64,000 nt of DNA from assembly GCA_038087875.1 (NCBI GenBank), contig CM075987.1:23314001-23378000 (forward strand), written 5' to 3'. The notes beneath the pieces are model-generated. The model was not told where the DNA came from and made no database searches. It was given only the letters and a program-made list of their open reading frames with translations. The translations under genes and the position numbers were made by a program. The stretch's first letter is position 1, and every line of letters begins with the position of its first letter. The DNA is from Malacoraja senta (lineage: Eukaryota). Shown here one piece after another: positions 37,216 through 49,231 of this stretch.

Positions 37216-37265
37216 CCCTTGTAGTTAGTATGCAGTGTAGTCCTATACAAATTCATAATAGTTTG

Positions 37266-37403
37266 GTGTAGGAAGGAACTGCAGATGCTGGTTTTTAACC
37301 GAAGATAGATACAAAGTGCAGGAGTAACTCAACGGGTCAGGCATCATCTCTGAGGAAAAAGGATGGATTACATTACAGGTCGGGACCCTTCTTCAGACCG
37401 TAA
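37266..37403 (-). mobile_element. Short Penelope-derived unit with a 13-bp TSD
   Basis: TCATAATAGTTTG occurs at 37253-37265 and 37404-37416. Confidence 0.75.
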
Positions 37404-37957
37404 TCATAATAGTTTGATGCTGAGACAGTGTTGCGGTTAAGTTTGTGCAGGTGGTTCAAGAGTTGATGGTAGATGGTCGATGGGAGGAAGTTGTTCTTCA
37501 ATCTGGAGATCGTGGTTCTCTAGATCTCCAACCATCTTTCTATTGGTAGCGGTGAGATGAGACCACGCCCAATGTGATGATCTTGGAGCAGCGCTTCCTG
37601 TAGATCCCTTCCATAGTGGGGAGGAGATGTTTAGACTTTAGACATTAGAGATAGAGCGCAGGAACAGGCCCTTCGGCCCACCAAGTCCACGCCAACCAGT
37701 GATCCCCGTACACTAATGCTATCCTACACACTCGAGACAATTAACAATTTTACCGAAGCCAAGTAACCTGGATGTCTTTGGAATGTGGGAGGAAACCGAA
37801 GCATCTGGTGAAAACCTATGCGGTCACAGGGAGAAAGTACAAACTGCACGGAAACAGGCCCTTCGGCCCACCAAGTTTGCACTGACCAGCGATCCCTGCA
37901 CACTAACACTATCCAACACACTAGGAACAATTTACAATTATACCAAGCCAATTAACC

Positions 37958-40105
37958 TGCACACTTGCACAAACTCACCCACACATACAAACACCCATGC
38001 ACACTTACACAAACTTACACACACATACACCCATGCACACTTACACAAACTCACACACACATACACCCATGCACACTTACACAAACACACACACACATAG
38101 AAACACCCATGCACATTTACACAAACACACACACATACACCCATGCACACTTACACAAACTCACCCACACATACAAACACCCATGCACACTTACACAAAC
38201 TCACACACACATACACCCATGCACACTTACACACACACACACACACACACCCATGCACACTTACACAAACACACACACATACACCCATGCACACTTACAC
38301 ACACATACAAACACACATGCACACTTACACAAACTCACACACACATACACCCATGCACACTTACACACACATACAAACACCCATGCAAGGCAAGGCAAGG
38401 CAAGGCAACTTTATTTATATAACACATTTCATACACGAGGCAGACTCAAAGTGCTTCACACAAAAACATTGTCATACAACAAACGAAACAATAAAATGAA
38501 ACAAAACAGAAGAACCAAAAGAAAAGAAAAGCAAAATTAAAAATGCATCATAAAAAGTGCAAAAGCTAAAAGTGCAATGTAGTCAAGATTTAGCTGAAAG
38601 CCAAAGTAAACATAAAAGTTTTCAGTCTTGTTTTAAAAGTGGTCAAAGTTGAGGCAAGTCTTAAATCTTCAGGAAGTTTATTCCAGCTATTTGTTGCATA
38701 GTAACTAACTCCTGCTTTCCCATGTTTTGTATTTACTCTGGGAATCACTAGCAGATTGGTTTCAGAAGATCTTAGCGGTCTAGAAGGCTTATATAGTGGA
38801 AGCATGTCAGTGATATACTTTGGCCCTAAACCATGTAGTGATTTATAGGTGAGCAGCAGGATTTTAAAATCAATTCTCTGACATACAGGGAGCCAATGAA
38901 AGGATTTAAGAATTGGTGTAATATGCTCAAATTTTTTGGTCTTTGTTAGAACTCTAGCAACAGCGTTCTGAACAAGCTGTAGCTGCCTGACAGTTTTTTT
39001 TGGAAGACCTGCAAGGAGACCGTTGCAATAATCTAGCCTACTATTAATAAAGGCATGTACAAGTTTTTCTAAATCTTGAGCTGACATGAGTCCTCTTAAT
39101 CTTGCTATGTTTTTGAGGTGATAGTAGGCCGATTTTGTTACTGATTTGATGTGACTGTCGAAATTTAAATCTGAATCCATAATGACCCCAAGATTTCTGG
39201 CTTTGTTTGAAGTTTTCAGGGACAGAGAGTGAAGGTGTTGGGTTACTTTAAGCCTTTCTTTTTTAGCACCAAAAACAATTATCTCCGTTTTGTCCTTATT
39301 TAGTTGGAGAAAATTTTGGCACATCCAGTCTTTGACTTGCTCAATGCACTGGCACAGCAGATCTATGGGGCGATAATCATTTGGTGATAGCGCTACATAG
39401 ATTTGAGTGTCATCGGCATAGCAGTGGTGGTCAATATTATTATATCGCATGATTTGCCCTAGTGGGAGCATGTAGATGTTGAATAAAGAGGGCCCTAAGA
39501 TCGAACCTTGCGGTACTCCACACGTCACGTTTGTTGGTTCTGATACAAAGTCTCCAATGGAAACAAAATAGTTCCTATCTTGTAAATATGACCTGAACCA
39601 ACTTAAGACTGTGCCTGAGAGCCCCACCCATTTTTCCAACCTGTCCAAAAGTATTGAGTGATCAACAGTGTCGAATGCACACTTACACACACTCACCCAC
39701 ACATACAAACACACATGCACACTTACACACACTCACACACACATACACACATGCACACTTACACAAACACACACACAAACACACATGCACACTTACACAC
39801 ACTCACACACACATACACACATGCACACTTACACACACTCACACACACATACACACATGCACACTTACACAAACACACACACAAACACACATGCACACTT
39901 ACACACACTCACACACACATACACACATGCACACTTACACACACTCACACACACATACACACATGCACACTTACACAAACACACACACATACACACATGC
40001 ACACTTACACTCACACACACATACACACATGCACACTTACACAAACACACACACATACACACATGCACACTTACACAAACTCACCCACACATACAAACAC
40101 ACAGA
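37958..40105. repeat. CA-rich compound minisatellite (CATGCACACTTACAC core), split by an L2 insertion
   Basis: Arrays at 37958-38387 and 39675-40105. Confidence 0.92.
38388..39674 (-). mobile_element. 5'-truncated L2-clade LINE with an uninterrupted RT C-terminal frame
   Basis: AFDTVDH..GVPQGSILGP..YADDTQIY..SRLDYCN..HITPILKSFHWLPV..FKTRLKT* (38590-39674), then a 3' UTR and a (CCTTG)n tail. Confidence 0.95.
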
Positions 40106-40659
40106 CGCTCAAGCATATAGTCAGGGCTTGAAAGAGAGAGAGAGAGAGAGAGAGCAGGGCGGTGGACAGACAGACACAGGCAGGTTAGAGGTGGGAGGAG
40201 AACAGACTGACATGACTGTTGCAGGAAGGAACCGCAGATGCTGGTTTAAACCGAAGGTAGACGCAAAAAGTAACTCAGCGGTTCAGGCAGCATCTCTGGA
40301 GAAAAGGAATAGGTGACGTTTTTGGGTCGAGAAGAAGAAGGGTCTCGACCAGAAACATGGCCTGTTCCTTCTCTCCAGTTATGTTGGCTAAACCGCTGAG
40401 TTACTCCAGCTTTCTGTGTCCATCTTCAACTGACATCATGCATGTCAGGTCATCAACGTGAATCAGTAACTCCTGATGCAGCCTGATCTGTGGCCGACTT
40501 AGATCAGAAACAAAAAACCTCAGGCATGACAACATTTAATTGTGGCCTCTTTCTTGGGAAGCTACTGAACACATCCTGATTCATCCTCACTAGACCAACT
40601 TTCCAAGCAAGCGCGGAATGTTCCTTGAGCAAGTGGAGGTGCAAACTGTGCAATGACCC

Positions 40660-40698
<39 letters not shown>

Positions 40699-41547
40699 CT
40701 CACTGTTCTTTCCAGGGATTGCCGGCAACTTATAAATAAACGCCGACCCATTAATGAAGGGTTTGCAGTGTGTTTCAGAGTGTCAGACTGATTCCACGTG
40801 TGTCCATACTGCCAAGGTAAGGGCGCCGAGGTTGTGAAAGGATGCATTTTTCTTCGCTTGTTTACAAACATTTGCACAGCGACCAAAAGCAAGGAAGGCT
40901 TTTTGAAAAAAAAAATGTGTTTAGCATTTGCCGTCCAGCAAAGGCCAGCTTCATAACTCTCATGATATTTTGCAAGTCGCTCGCTCATAAAACGTGTGAA
41001 AACGCCTGCCTTCTATCCCGCGCCTGCTCAGCGGACCCATGAAGAGAGGATGAAATTCTTAAACTAGCACAGGTCACATCCAGGGTAAAGTTCCTCTCAC
41101 ATGGCCCCTTCATAACGTGCAGGTTCGAGTGGACTGGACACAAGACTCACACTGTTGGGACCGTGTCGCGGGCAAGAGGTAGATAGAGGCAGACCTTTGC
41201 TGAAGGAAATGGCGTTTTTTTTCACAACCCAAGGAAAGGCGGTGTTTTGTGAAGGTTGGTGGCTGTGTAGTACAAGGAAGACTTGTTGGGATGAATGGAC
41301 GTCGCGACGGGCTGCCTAACTTGACAGGAAGTGTTTCTCAACCCGACACACAGCTAATCACTCTCCTCCTTCCACTTGCCTGGCGACTGGAGCTCTTTGG
41401 GTGGAGGGCATGTTTGCGACTTTGGCTTGTGTAAGAGCTGGAGGAGGAGGAGTGTGTCTGGGAATAACGAGGCAACGGGCCAAGTGTTGGCTATGGTCAG
41501 CCTGGACATGGTGGGCAGAAGAAGGGCCTGCTTCCATCACGGAGGTT

Positions 41548-41980
41548 ATAGATACATAGATACGTAGAAAATAGGTGCAGGAGTAGGCCATTCGGCCCTT
41601 CGCGCCTGCACCGCCATTCAATATGATCATGGCTGATCATCCAACTCAGTATCCCGTACCTGCCTTCTCTCCATACCCTCTGATCCCTTTAGCCACAAGG
41701 GCCACATCTAACTCCCTCTTAAATATAGCCAATGAACTGGCCTCAACTACCCTCTGTGGCAGAGAGTTCCAGAGATTCACCACTCTCTGTGTGAAAAAGT
41801 TTTTCCTCATCTCGGTCTTAAAGGATTCCCCCCTTATCCTTAAGCTGTGACCCCTTGTCCTGGACTTCCCCAACATCGGGAACAATCTTCCTGCATCTAG
41901 CCTGTCCAACCCCATAAGAATTTGGTACGTTTCTATAAGATCCCCTCTCAATCTCCTAAATTCTAGCGAGTACAAGCCAA
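41548..41980 (-). mobile_element. HER1/CR1 LINE 3' fragment
   Basis: LGLYSLEFRRLRGDLIETY..GYGEKAGTGY*. Confidence 0.92.
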
Positions 41981-42419
41981 GTTGGGGCAGATGAATCAAC
42001 AAAGAGTCGAAGTAACCCCCCAAGCAATAAAGATTTTATATCTGAAGAATGTCTGAAGAAGGGTCTCGACCCGAAGCGTCACACCCATTCCTTCCTTCTC
42101 TCCAGAGATGCAGCCTGTCCCGCTGAGTTACTCCAGCGTTATTTCATCTCTCTTCGGTTTAAACCAGCATTTGCAGTTCCTTCCTACACATTTCATATTT
42201 CCATGCTGTATCATTTCATGTATAAAACCATTTTAAATGTAACATATTGTTTGTTCTTTGTTGCTCTAGCAAAGTTATTTTTGGAAAACAAAAATCTGAA
42301 AAAAAACCATATTAGATACGGAGTGAACCCTCAGCACTGAGAGGTGGAACCTTCCTGTGGCAGATACAGCATGGGTTGGACACAGGGTAGAGCTCACTCA
42401 CATGGGGGGGGGGGGGGGA

Positions 42420-43348
42420 ACGGTGGGTGTCGAGTAGAGGCGTGTGGGTGGAGCGATTCCGGACGAGCTTACCCCCGCTCCGTCGAAATTGCTCATAGGA
42501 CCCATGGCCCGGGTCCCTCCCCGAGAGCCGGCCCCACGCAACACGAGCCGCCTTTCCCAGATGCCCAGCGTGCCGTTCCGTGACGCGGAGAGGCGCGTAC
42601 TGTACAGGCGGCTGCTGCACACTCTCCACTTCCTCGCCCTCGTCTTCCGTCCAGACACACCCTGGCGGCCCGTGTTACCACCTGACGAGGGGAGCGGTCC
42701 CCAGTGGAGGTCTCTCCACAAGGGAGTCCTCCCCCTTTACATCGGGGACCTGGGATGGAGAGTGTTGCACAAAGCCGTGGCCTGTAACAGGTACTTGAGC
42801 CGGTTCACGGACTCGTCCGCCGCCTGTCACTTCTGCGGCGAGGAAGAGACCGTGTTCCACGTGTATATAGAGTGTGAGAGGTTGCGGCCCCTGTTCGAGT
42901 ATCTGAAGGGGCTGCTCCTCAAGTTTTGGCTCCACTTTAGTCTGACGTTATTGATTTTTGGGCACCCGGTACAGAGGGGGGAGGGTCGGGAGGAAGGAGG
43001 GGGATCTCCCTGTCGGTCTGCTCCTGGGCCTGGCCAAGATGGCCATTCACGGGTCCAGTCGACGGCCGCACAGCGGTTGACTGCCTGCCCCTTTTCCGGG
43101 GTTACGTCCGTGCCCGCGTGTCCCTGGAGAGGGAACACACACGCGGTGTCCACGGGGACTCTGGAGGCCGTCCGTGAGCGCTGGTCGCCGCGGGAGGTCG
43201 AGTGTTTTGTTGATAAAGTTGACGTTATATTAATTTGATGATCGTTTGTTTGTAAATTGTCAACATCGGCAGCTTTTGATTGTGTTAATATTCTGTATGT
43301 TTCTTTTTATTTTTTGAATAAAAGTATTTGTATAATAATTTTAAAAAA
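42420..43348 (+). mobile_element. Tx1-like (L1 clade) LINE 3' fragment
   Basis: DLGWRVLH..CHFCGEEETVFHVYIEC (ORF2 C-terminal CCHC motif), a frameshift near 42990, an AT-rich UTR, AATAAA and an A tail. Confidence 0.88.
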
Positions 43349-43401
43349 GGCGGGCACAGCACAGTTTAGACACAGAGTAAGGTTCCTCCAAAAGTGGAAC
43401 C

Positions 43402-43932
43402 ATGAAACGCAGACACGGCATGGGCCTACCTGATCTCCCGGTTGCCAAACACTTTAATCCCCCTTCCTATTCCCACACTGACCTTTCTGTCCAGGGCCTC
43501 CTCCATTGTCAGAGTGAGGCTAAATGCAAATTGGAGGAACAGCGCCTCATATTTTCGCTTGGGCAGCTTACACCCCAGCGGTATGAACATTGACTTCTCT
43601 AACTTCAAGTAACCCTGGCATCCCCGCTCTCTCCATCCCTCCCTCACCCAAGTCATACCAGCTTCAAAGTCATCTTGTTGAGTCTCATTGTCTGTAACTC
43701 GTTTTCACCTAGCCCACAGCTAACAATGGCCTGTTTCCTTTATCACCGTTATTTTTTTTTGCATATCTTTCAACCATTTGTTCTATATCTCCCTGCATCA
43801 CTGTCTATATCTCCCATTTCCATTTCCCCTGACTCTCAGTCTGAAGAAGGGGCTCGACCCGAAACGTCACCCATTCCTTTTTACCAGCGATGCTGCCTGA
43901 CCCGCTGAGTTGCTCCAGATTTTTGTGTCCAC
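43402..43932 (+). mobile_element. Penelope-like element: GIY-YIG endonuclease C-terminal remnant plus 3' terminal repeat
   Basis: LPVAKHFN..SHTDLSV.GL..C..E..KLEEQRLIF.LG motif, followed by a repeat containing CTGAAGA..GAAACGTC. Confidence 0.88.
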
Positions 43933-44198
43933 CTTCAGCCCACCGGGTCCATGCTGACCAGCGATCCCCATATACTAGCACTAACCTACACGCTAGGGAC
44001 AATTTACAATCTTTACTGAAGCCAATTAACCTACAAACCTGCACGTCTTTGGAGTGTGGGAGGAAACCCGTGCGCTCGGGTAAATCCTATGGGGAGAACG
44101 TACAAACTCCCAGCAGACAGCACCCATCGTCAGGATTGAACCCTAGGCCTCTGGCGCTGCGAGGCAGCAACTCTACCGCTGAGCCACTGTGCCGCCCC
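43933..44198 (-). mobile_element. HE1-like V-SINE
   Basis: Reverse copy. Confidence 0.85.
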
Positions 44199-44454
44199 AG
44201 CTGATGAAATGGGGAGGGAGAGTGAAAAATGCAATGATGGTGAATGGATGTTTGATGATCAGTACGGACTTGATGGGCCGAAGGGCATTTTCTGTACTGA
44301 ATGCTGCTCCGACTCCATGACATAGGACATCCTCAGTAGGATGTACATCTATACAGTCCCTCTATTATGCCCCACCATCCATCCCCTGCGTGATGCCCTC
44401 AGTTAAAACAGTCTGTGGCAACACTCCCAATCACACATCCTCCTGTTGGTGTAA

Positions 44455-44844
44455 AGCCCCTGTCCCACTTAGGAGACCTAAACAGCAACCTCTGGTGACC
44501 TTGTCCGCCACCCAAAAACAAATCAAGGTCGAGGTGACCTGCAACCTCCTACCACCTCCCACGCATATGTTGAAAACCTTCCTCGACTATGAAGAAAACC
44601 GGCTTTGACTAGACCTGCGACTAAAAAACTATCGATGTTTAAAACGGCAACCTATTTTTAGTCGAGGCCGGTTTTAAACATGATGAAAAAATAGCCGCAA
44701 CCTAGATGGAGCCTCGACCACGCGGAAACCACTTTCGACCTTTAGGGAGAATGACCAAAACCTCCGGTGACTTCATGGAAACCTTGGGTGGCGGGCAAGG
44801 TCACCAGAGGTTGCTGTTTAGGTCTCCTAAGTGGGACAGGAGCT
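44455..44844. mobile_element. Harbinger-like MITE with ~57-bp TIRs
   Basis: CCTGTCCCACTTAGGAGACCTAAACAGCAACCTCTGGTGACCTTG.. and its reverse complement at the two ends. Confidence 0.85.
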
Positions 44845-45339
44845 GAAGTCTGCACACCACAACTCTCTGTCCCGCCTTCTCCGTACTCGGTGTAAGAACT
44901 GAGTATCATGTATCTGTACACTGTGAATGGCTCGATTGTAATCATGTCTTGTCTGTCCGCTGGCTGGTTAACACACAACAAAAGCTTTGCACTGTGCCTC
45001 GGTACACAGCGACAATGAACGGAACTCAACTGAACGAAGATACTCAGTCTGTAACCTTGCTTCTGTTATATCCTGCCCTCAGTGTAGTGTTGTCAGATAC
45101 TGTTACAGTATACTCTGTGTGACACACATGATGTTTACACACTTCTACAATTTGCAGCTGGATCTCATTATGATAATATATCTCTCTCTCCATCCTGAAG
45201 GGAAGACTTATTGGAATTCTCCAAAACGTCACCTATTCATTTTCTCCTGAACTGCTGAGTTACTCTGGCATTTTGTGTCTATACATTTCCCATCTGCACT
45301 ATTCTGTTATACCCCCAAATACAAGGTAAAGCTCCCAAT

Positions 45340-45592
45340 GACAATAGACAATAGACAATATACAATAGGTGCAGGAGTAGGCCATTTGGCCCTTCGAGCC
45401 AGCACCGCCATTCAATGTGATCATGGCTGATCATCCCCAATCAGTACCCCGTTCCTGCCTTCTCCCCATATTCCCTGACTCCGCTATTTTTAAGAGCCCT
45501 ATCCAGCTCTCTCTTGAAAGCATCCAGAGAACCTGCCTCCACCGCCCTCTGAGGCAGAGAATTCCACAGACTCACCACTCTCTGTGAGAAAA
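45340..45592 (-). mobile_element. HER1/CR1 LINE 3' fragment
   Basis: FSQRVVSLWNSLPQRAVEAGSLDAFKRELD. Confidence 0.88.
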
Positions 45593-45690
45593 CATGATTA
45601 TAGACGTTATCCAAAGTGTCTAACACTCAGTCAGTGCTTTTCTGTTGTTACAGTGATATCTGAAGTCCACATGGACATATATGTTTTGTG

Positions 45691-45832
45691 GACACATGTT
45701 TTGTCTGAAGAAGGGTCTCGACCCGAAACGTCACCCACTCCTTCTCTCCAGAGATGCTGCCTGTCCCGCTGAGTTACTCCAGCTTTTTGTGTCTATCTTC
45801 GGTTTAAACCAGCATCTGCAGTTCCTTCTCAC
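45691..45832 (+). mobile_element. Short Penelope-derived unit with a hammerhead-like motif and a 16-bp TSD
   Basis: ACATATATGTTTTGTG occurs at 45675-45690 and 45833-45848; CTGAAGA-AGGGTCTCGACCC-GAAACGTC lies at 45705-45732. Confidence 0.78.
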
Positions 45833-47714
45833 ACATATATGTTTTGTGTTATGTCCTGCATTTATACAAGCTGTCCAATTGCCCAGCCCAGCTGTGAACT
45901 CAATGCTCATGTACCCAGTGTCATGGGATTCCTCAGATACATGTGTTCCCCATCAACTTCAGTTAAACTGGACAAATAGCGAGGGAGACTCCAGACCTTT
46001 GGGAAAGACTTTGACAGGTGAATTTTATTCCGATCCCATTCCCTGGTTGAATGTTTGCTCATTGTTGTCACGGTTGCTAGGCAGTGCATTACTCAAACGC
46101 GAGCCCTTCTTGGCTTTCGATCTTAACACAGCTGCCAGATTCTAGACAGAGCGAGCGTCTGAGCCCTCCGTCATCCTCCATGTGGTGAGCGAGCTGAGAG
46201 CTGGAAGTCGACCCGGAAAATCCTCAACATGCTGCTCAACAAGAGAGGATGTTTAAAGTTTCACCGGCGCAAGGCTTGAGTGTCAGGGAAGACTGTCAGA
46301 CTAAGACAGAAACATTCCTAATACAGGAATTGTTCGCAGCATGAGGTGGTTATTGGATAGGAATGAAAGGAAACAAGTGACAGAACATGGTCTGAGCAGT
46401 GTTTGAACATCACACGTGGATCACAACATGGAATCAGGCCATTTGGCCCTTCTGCTCCATGGTGGTATTCACCTTTTATGCAAATTTATAGCCCCCATTG
46501 CGTCTAACTTACCTTCTCCCTGTTCTATTCAGCTCCTTTCCCGTCAGTCCCAACTTTATACCCCAGCACCTCTGCTCCCCTCTTGGTGCCGGTGGGTGTA
46601 TGGAACGAGCTGCCGGAGGAGGTAGATGAGGCAGGGACGATTGCAAAGGTTAAGAAACAATTAGCCATGTACATGGATGGGACAGGTTTACCTGCACCTC
46701 CACGTGCCTATCTCAAACTCTCTCAAAACACCACTACCGTATCGGCCTCCACCGCCACCCCTCTGTTGTGTTCCAGGCCCCCCAACACCCTCTGTATTAC
46801 AAGACCTGCCCCCACACAACTCCATTAAACTTTCCCCCTCTCACACAAAAGGGTGGTGGGTGTATGGAACGAGGTGCCAGGGGGAGGTAGTCGAGGCAGG
46901 GACGATTGCAAAGTTTAAGAAACAATTAGACATGTACATGGATAGGACAGGTTTAGAGGGATATGGGCCAAACGCAGTCAGATGGGACTAGAGTAGATGG
47001 GACATGTTGGTTAGTGTGGGCAAGTTGGGCCGAAGGGCCTGTTTTCACATTGTATCGCTCTATCACTCTCAGTTTACAGCTACGCCCTCTAGTGTTGGAC
47101 ATCTCCACCCTGGGGGAAAAGGATCTGACTGTCAGCTCCATCTATACCACTCATAATATTATGTACTTCTATCATATTTCTCCTCAACCTCTGATGTTCA
47201 ATGAGATACTTTGAAAGTACTTTGTCCCCTGTAAAGCAGTTCAGGAGCTGGGATTCTGAAAGGAGCTTTGCTGAACATTTTCTGCTTTTCGTGAGTGATG
47301 ACAGAGCAATGTAGCTCGAGGCCAGAGCCCACGCATGACATACATGCTGCAGAAGACACCAGCAACATACTTTAACTGTGAGAAGTCGCTTGCGGGTTAG
47401 CACAGAGTCATGGAGCAGGGCAGAAACGGATTGCTTCAGTAGAAGCCTGGATCACACAGCACACATTAGGCTGTAGATAGACACAAAATGCTGGAACAAC
47501 TCAGCGGGACAGGCAGCATCTCAGGATAGAAGGTGACCCATTCCTTCTATTCAGAGAGGATGCCTGTCCCGCTGAGTTACTCCAGCATTTTGTGTCTATC
47601 TTCAGTGTAAACCAGCATCTGCAGTTCCTTCCTATACAAACTCAAAACTGTAACGTCCATGTGCTTCCCTTCAGCAAATTAGGCTATTAAACAGTACAAC
47701 CTCAAATAAGCTCT

Positions 47715-47853
47715 TCTTCTTCCTCTTGCATGTGGCGTGCACAGCCTAAAGTTGTGAGGCAACTTGTTCTGTTTGAACTTCTGTTTGTGCACGCCAGGTT
47801 GATTGCATTCGTCGAAACCAGGTGGACCACGTGAAGGTTGCAATCTCCCACCC
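47715..47853 (-). mobile_element. 139-bp non-autonomous retroelement (Ingi/Vingi- or RTE-type) with a 12-bp TSD and a (GAA)n tail
   Basis: CAAATAAGCTCT occurs at 47703-47714 and 47854-47865; a 3' stem-loop and a GAAGAAGAA tail are present. Confidence 0.82.
47801..47853 (-). ncRNA. Predicted minimal HDV-like self-cleaving ribozyme
   Basis: GGGUGG GA GAUUGCA ACC UUCACGU GGU CCACCU GG U UUCG A CGAA UGCAAUC. P1, P2, P3/L3, P1.1, a tiny P4 and a CGAA J4/2 are present in HDV order. Confidence 0.75.
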
Positions 47854-47902
47854 CAAATAAGCTCTGAACTATATAGACTATTATTATTATTATTACACTA
47901 TT

Positions 47903-48300
47903 TTTTTTTAAAATATTTTAATTTTATTAGAAGTAAGTACAATTGTATACAATCATATTTTCATAATACCTTTTATGTACAGCTTCTTATTTAAAAAAAA
48001 AATTTGAAATAAAGAAGAAAAAGAAAAAAGTTAGATAATGAAAAATAGAAAAATGTGAGATATATAGTGTGTGAAAAAGAAAAATAAAGAATGAAAAAAG
48101 AAAGTTGAGACATAGAAAATAGAAGAAAGAGAATAAAAGAAGAGAAGAGAAGAAAAGAAAATAGAAGGAGATCATTTATAATCTTGACCATCCGCAGTCA
48201 CGGATTAGCTTTTACACCTGTTTTGCACCATATGTTTCCAAAAAGACGACAAATGGAGACCAACTCGTTATGAATTGGTCAAATTTATCTATTAGGAGGA
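47903..48300 (-). mobile_element. L1-like LINE 3' end with TSD
   Basis: Poly-T start and an LLIDKFDQFITSWSPFV remnant; TATTATTACACTATT occurs at 47888 and 48301. Same family as 62115-62451. Confidence 0.8.
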
Positions 48301-48856
48301 TATTATTACACTATTAATGTGTGTTTGTCTTTTGTACGTACGTATGTGTGCTTGTGTGTGTGTGTGTATATATATATATTTATATATATGATCTGTATAT
48401 ATGTGTATTTGTGAGTATGTATATATATGGACGCACACTAGACTTATTTTTCGTGTTGATTATGTTATTTACAGTGTGCTATGTTCATTTATTCTGTTGT
48501 GCTGCTGCATGTAAGATTGTCATTGTTTTATCTGGGACATATGACAATAAAACTCTCTTGGCTCTTGACTCTCTATTAAAACAAGTAATGATGTGGTGCA
48601 TGGGCTGCAGTTAATCAGCAACAAATTCAAGTGTCTCAATTAAGACATTGCCAGCAACTTCAAGCCAACAATTAATTGAGAAACCTTTTCTTAACAGTTG
48701 GATCATTTTCCAGTTTGCTAAGTTCCAACATAAACGTTGACTTGGCACCTTGCAGAAGCACCAGGCCTCAGCCACTTGGCACATTCCGATTCGCACTACA
48801 CATCTGCCTACCTCTGCTCAACATGGGCCAAGCTCACGTTTAACTTCTCCAAGGTA

Positions 48857-49231
48857 ATAATAATAATAATAATAATAGATTTTATTTATATAGCGCTTTT
48901 CAGGACTCAAAGTCGCTTTACATTGAGAGTCAGGAATAAACAAAACAAAATAGAGCAGTAAGACAGAGATGCAAAGGGGAGGGGAACATGGGACTAAGGG
49001 TATGCAGAGGTGAAGAGATGGGTCTTGAGGCGGGACTGGAAGATGGTGAGGGACTCAGAATTTCGGACCAGTTGTGGGAGGGAATTCCAGAGCCTGGGAG
49101 CTGCCCTGGAGAAGGCTCTGCCTCCAAAAGTGCAGAGGTAGACAAAAAAGCTGGAGAAACTCAGCGCGTGAGGCAGCATCTATGGAGCGCTGGAATAGGC
49201 GATGTTTCGGGTCGAGAGCCGTCTTCAGATA
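48857..49231 (-). mobile_element. Chimeric insertion: a Penelope repeat fragment fused to an L2 3' end, with a 16-bp TSD
   Basis: TAACTTCTCCAAGGTA occurs at 48841-48856 and 49232-49247; the L2 part is nearly identical to 63206-63481. Confidence 0.8.

Noticed and set aside
37965..40316. His/Thr-rich ORFs
   Set aside because: Translation of CA-rich repeats.
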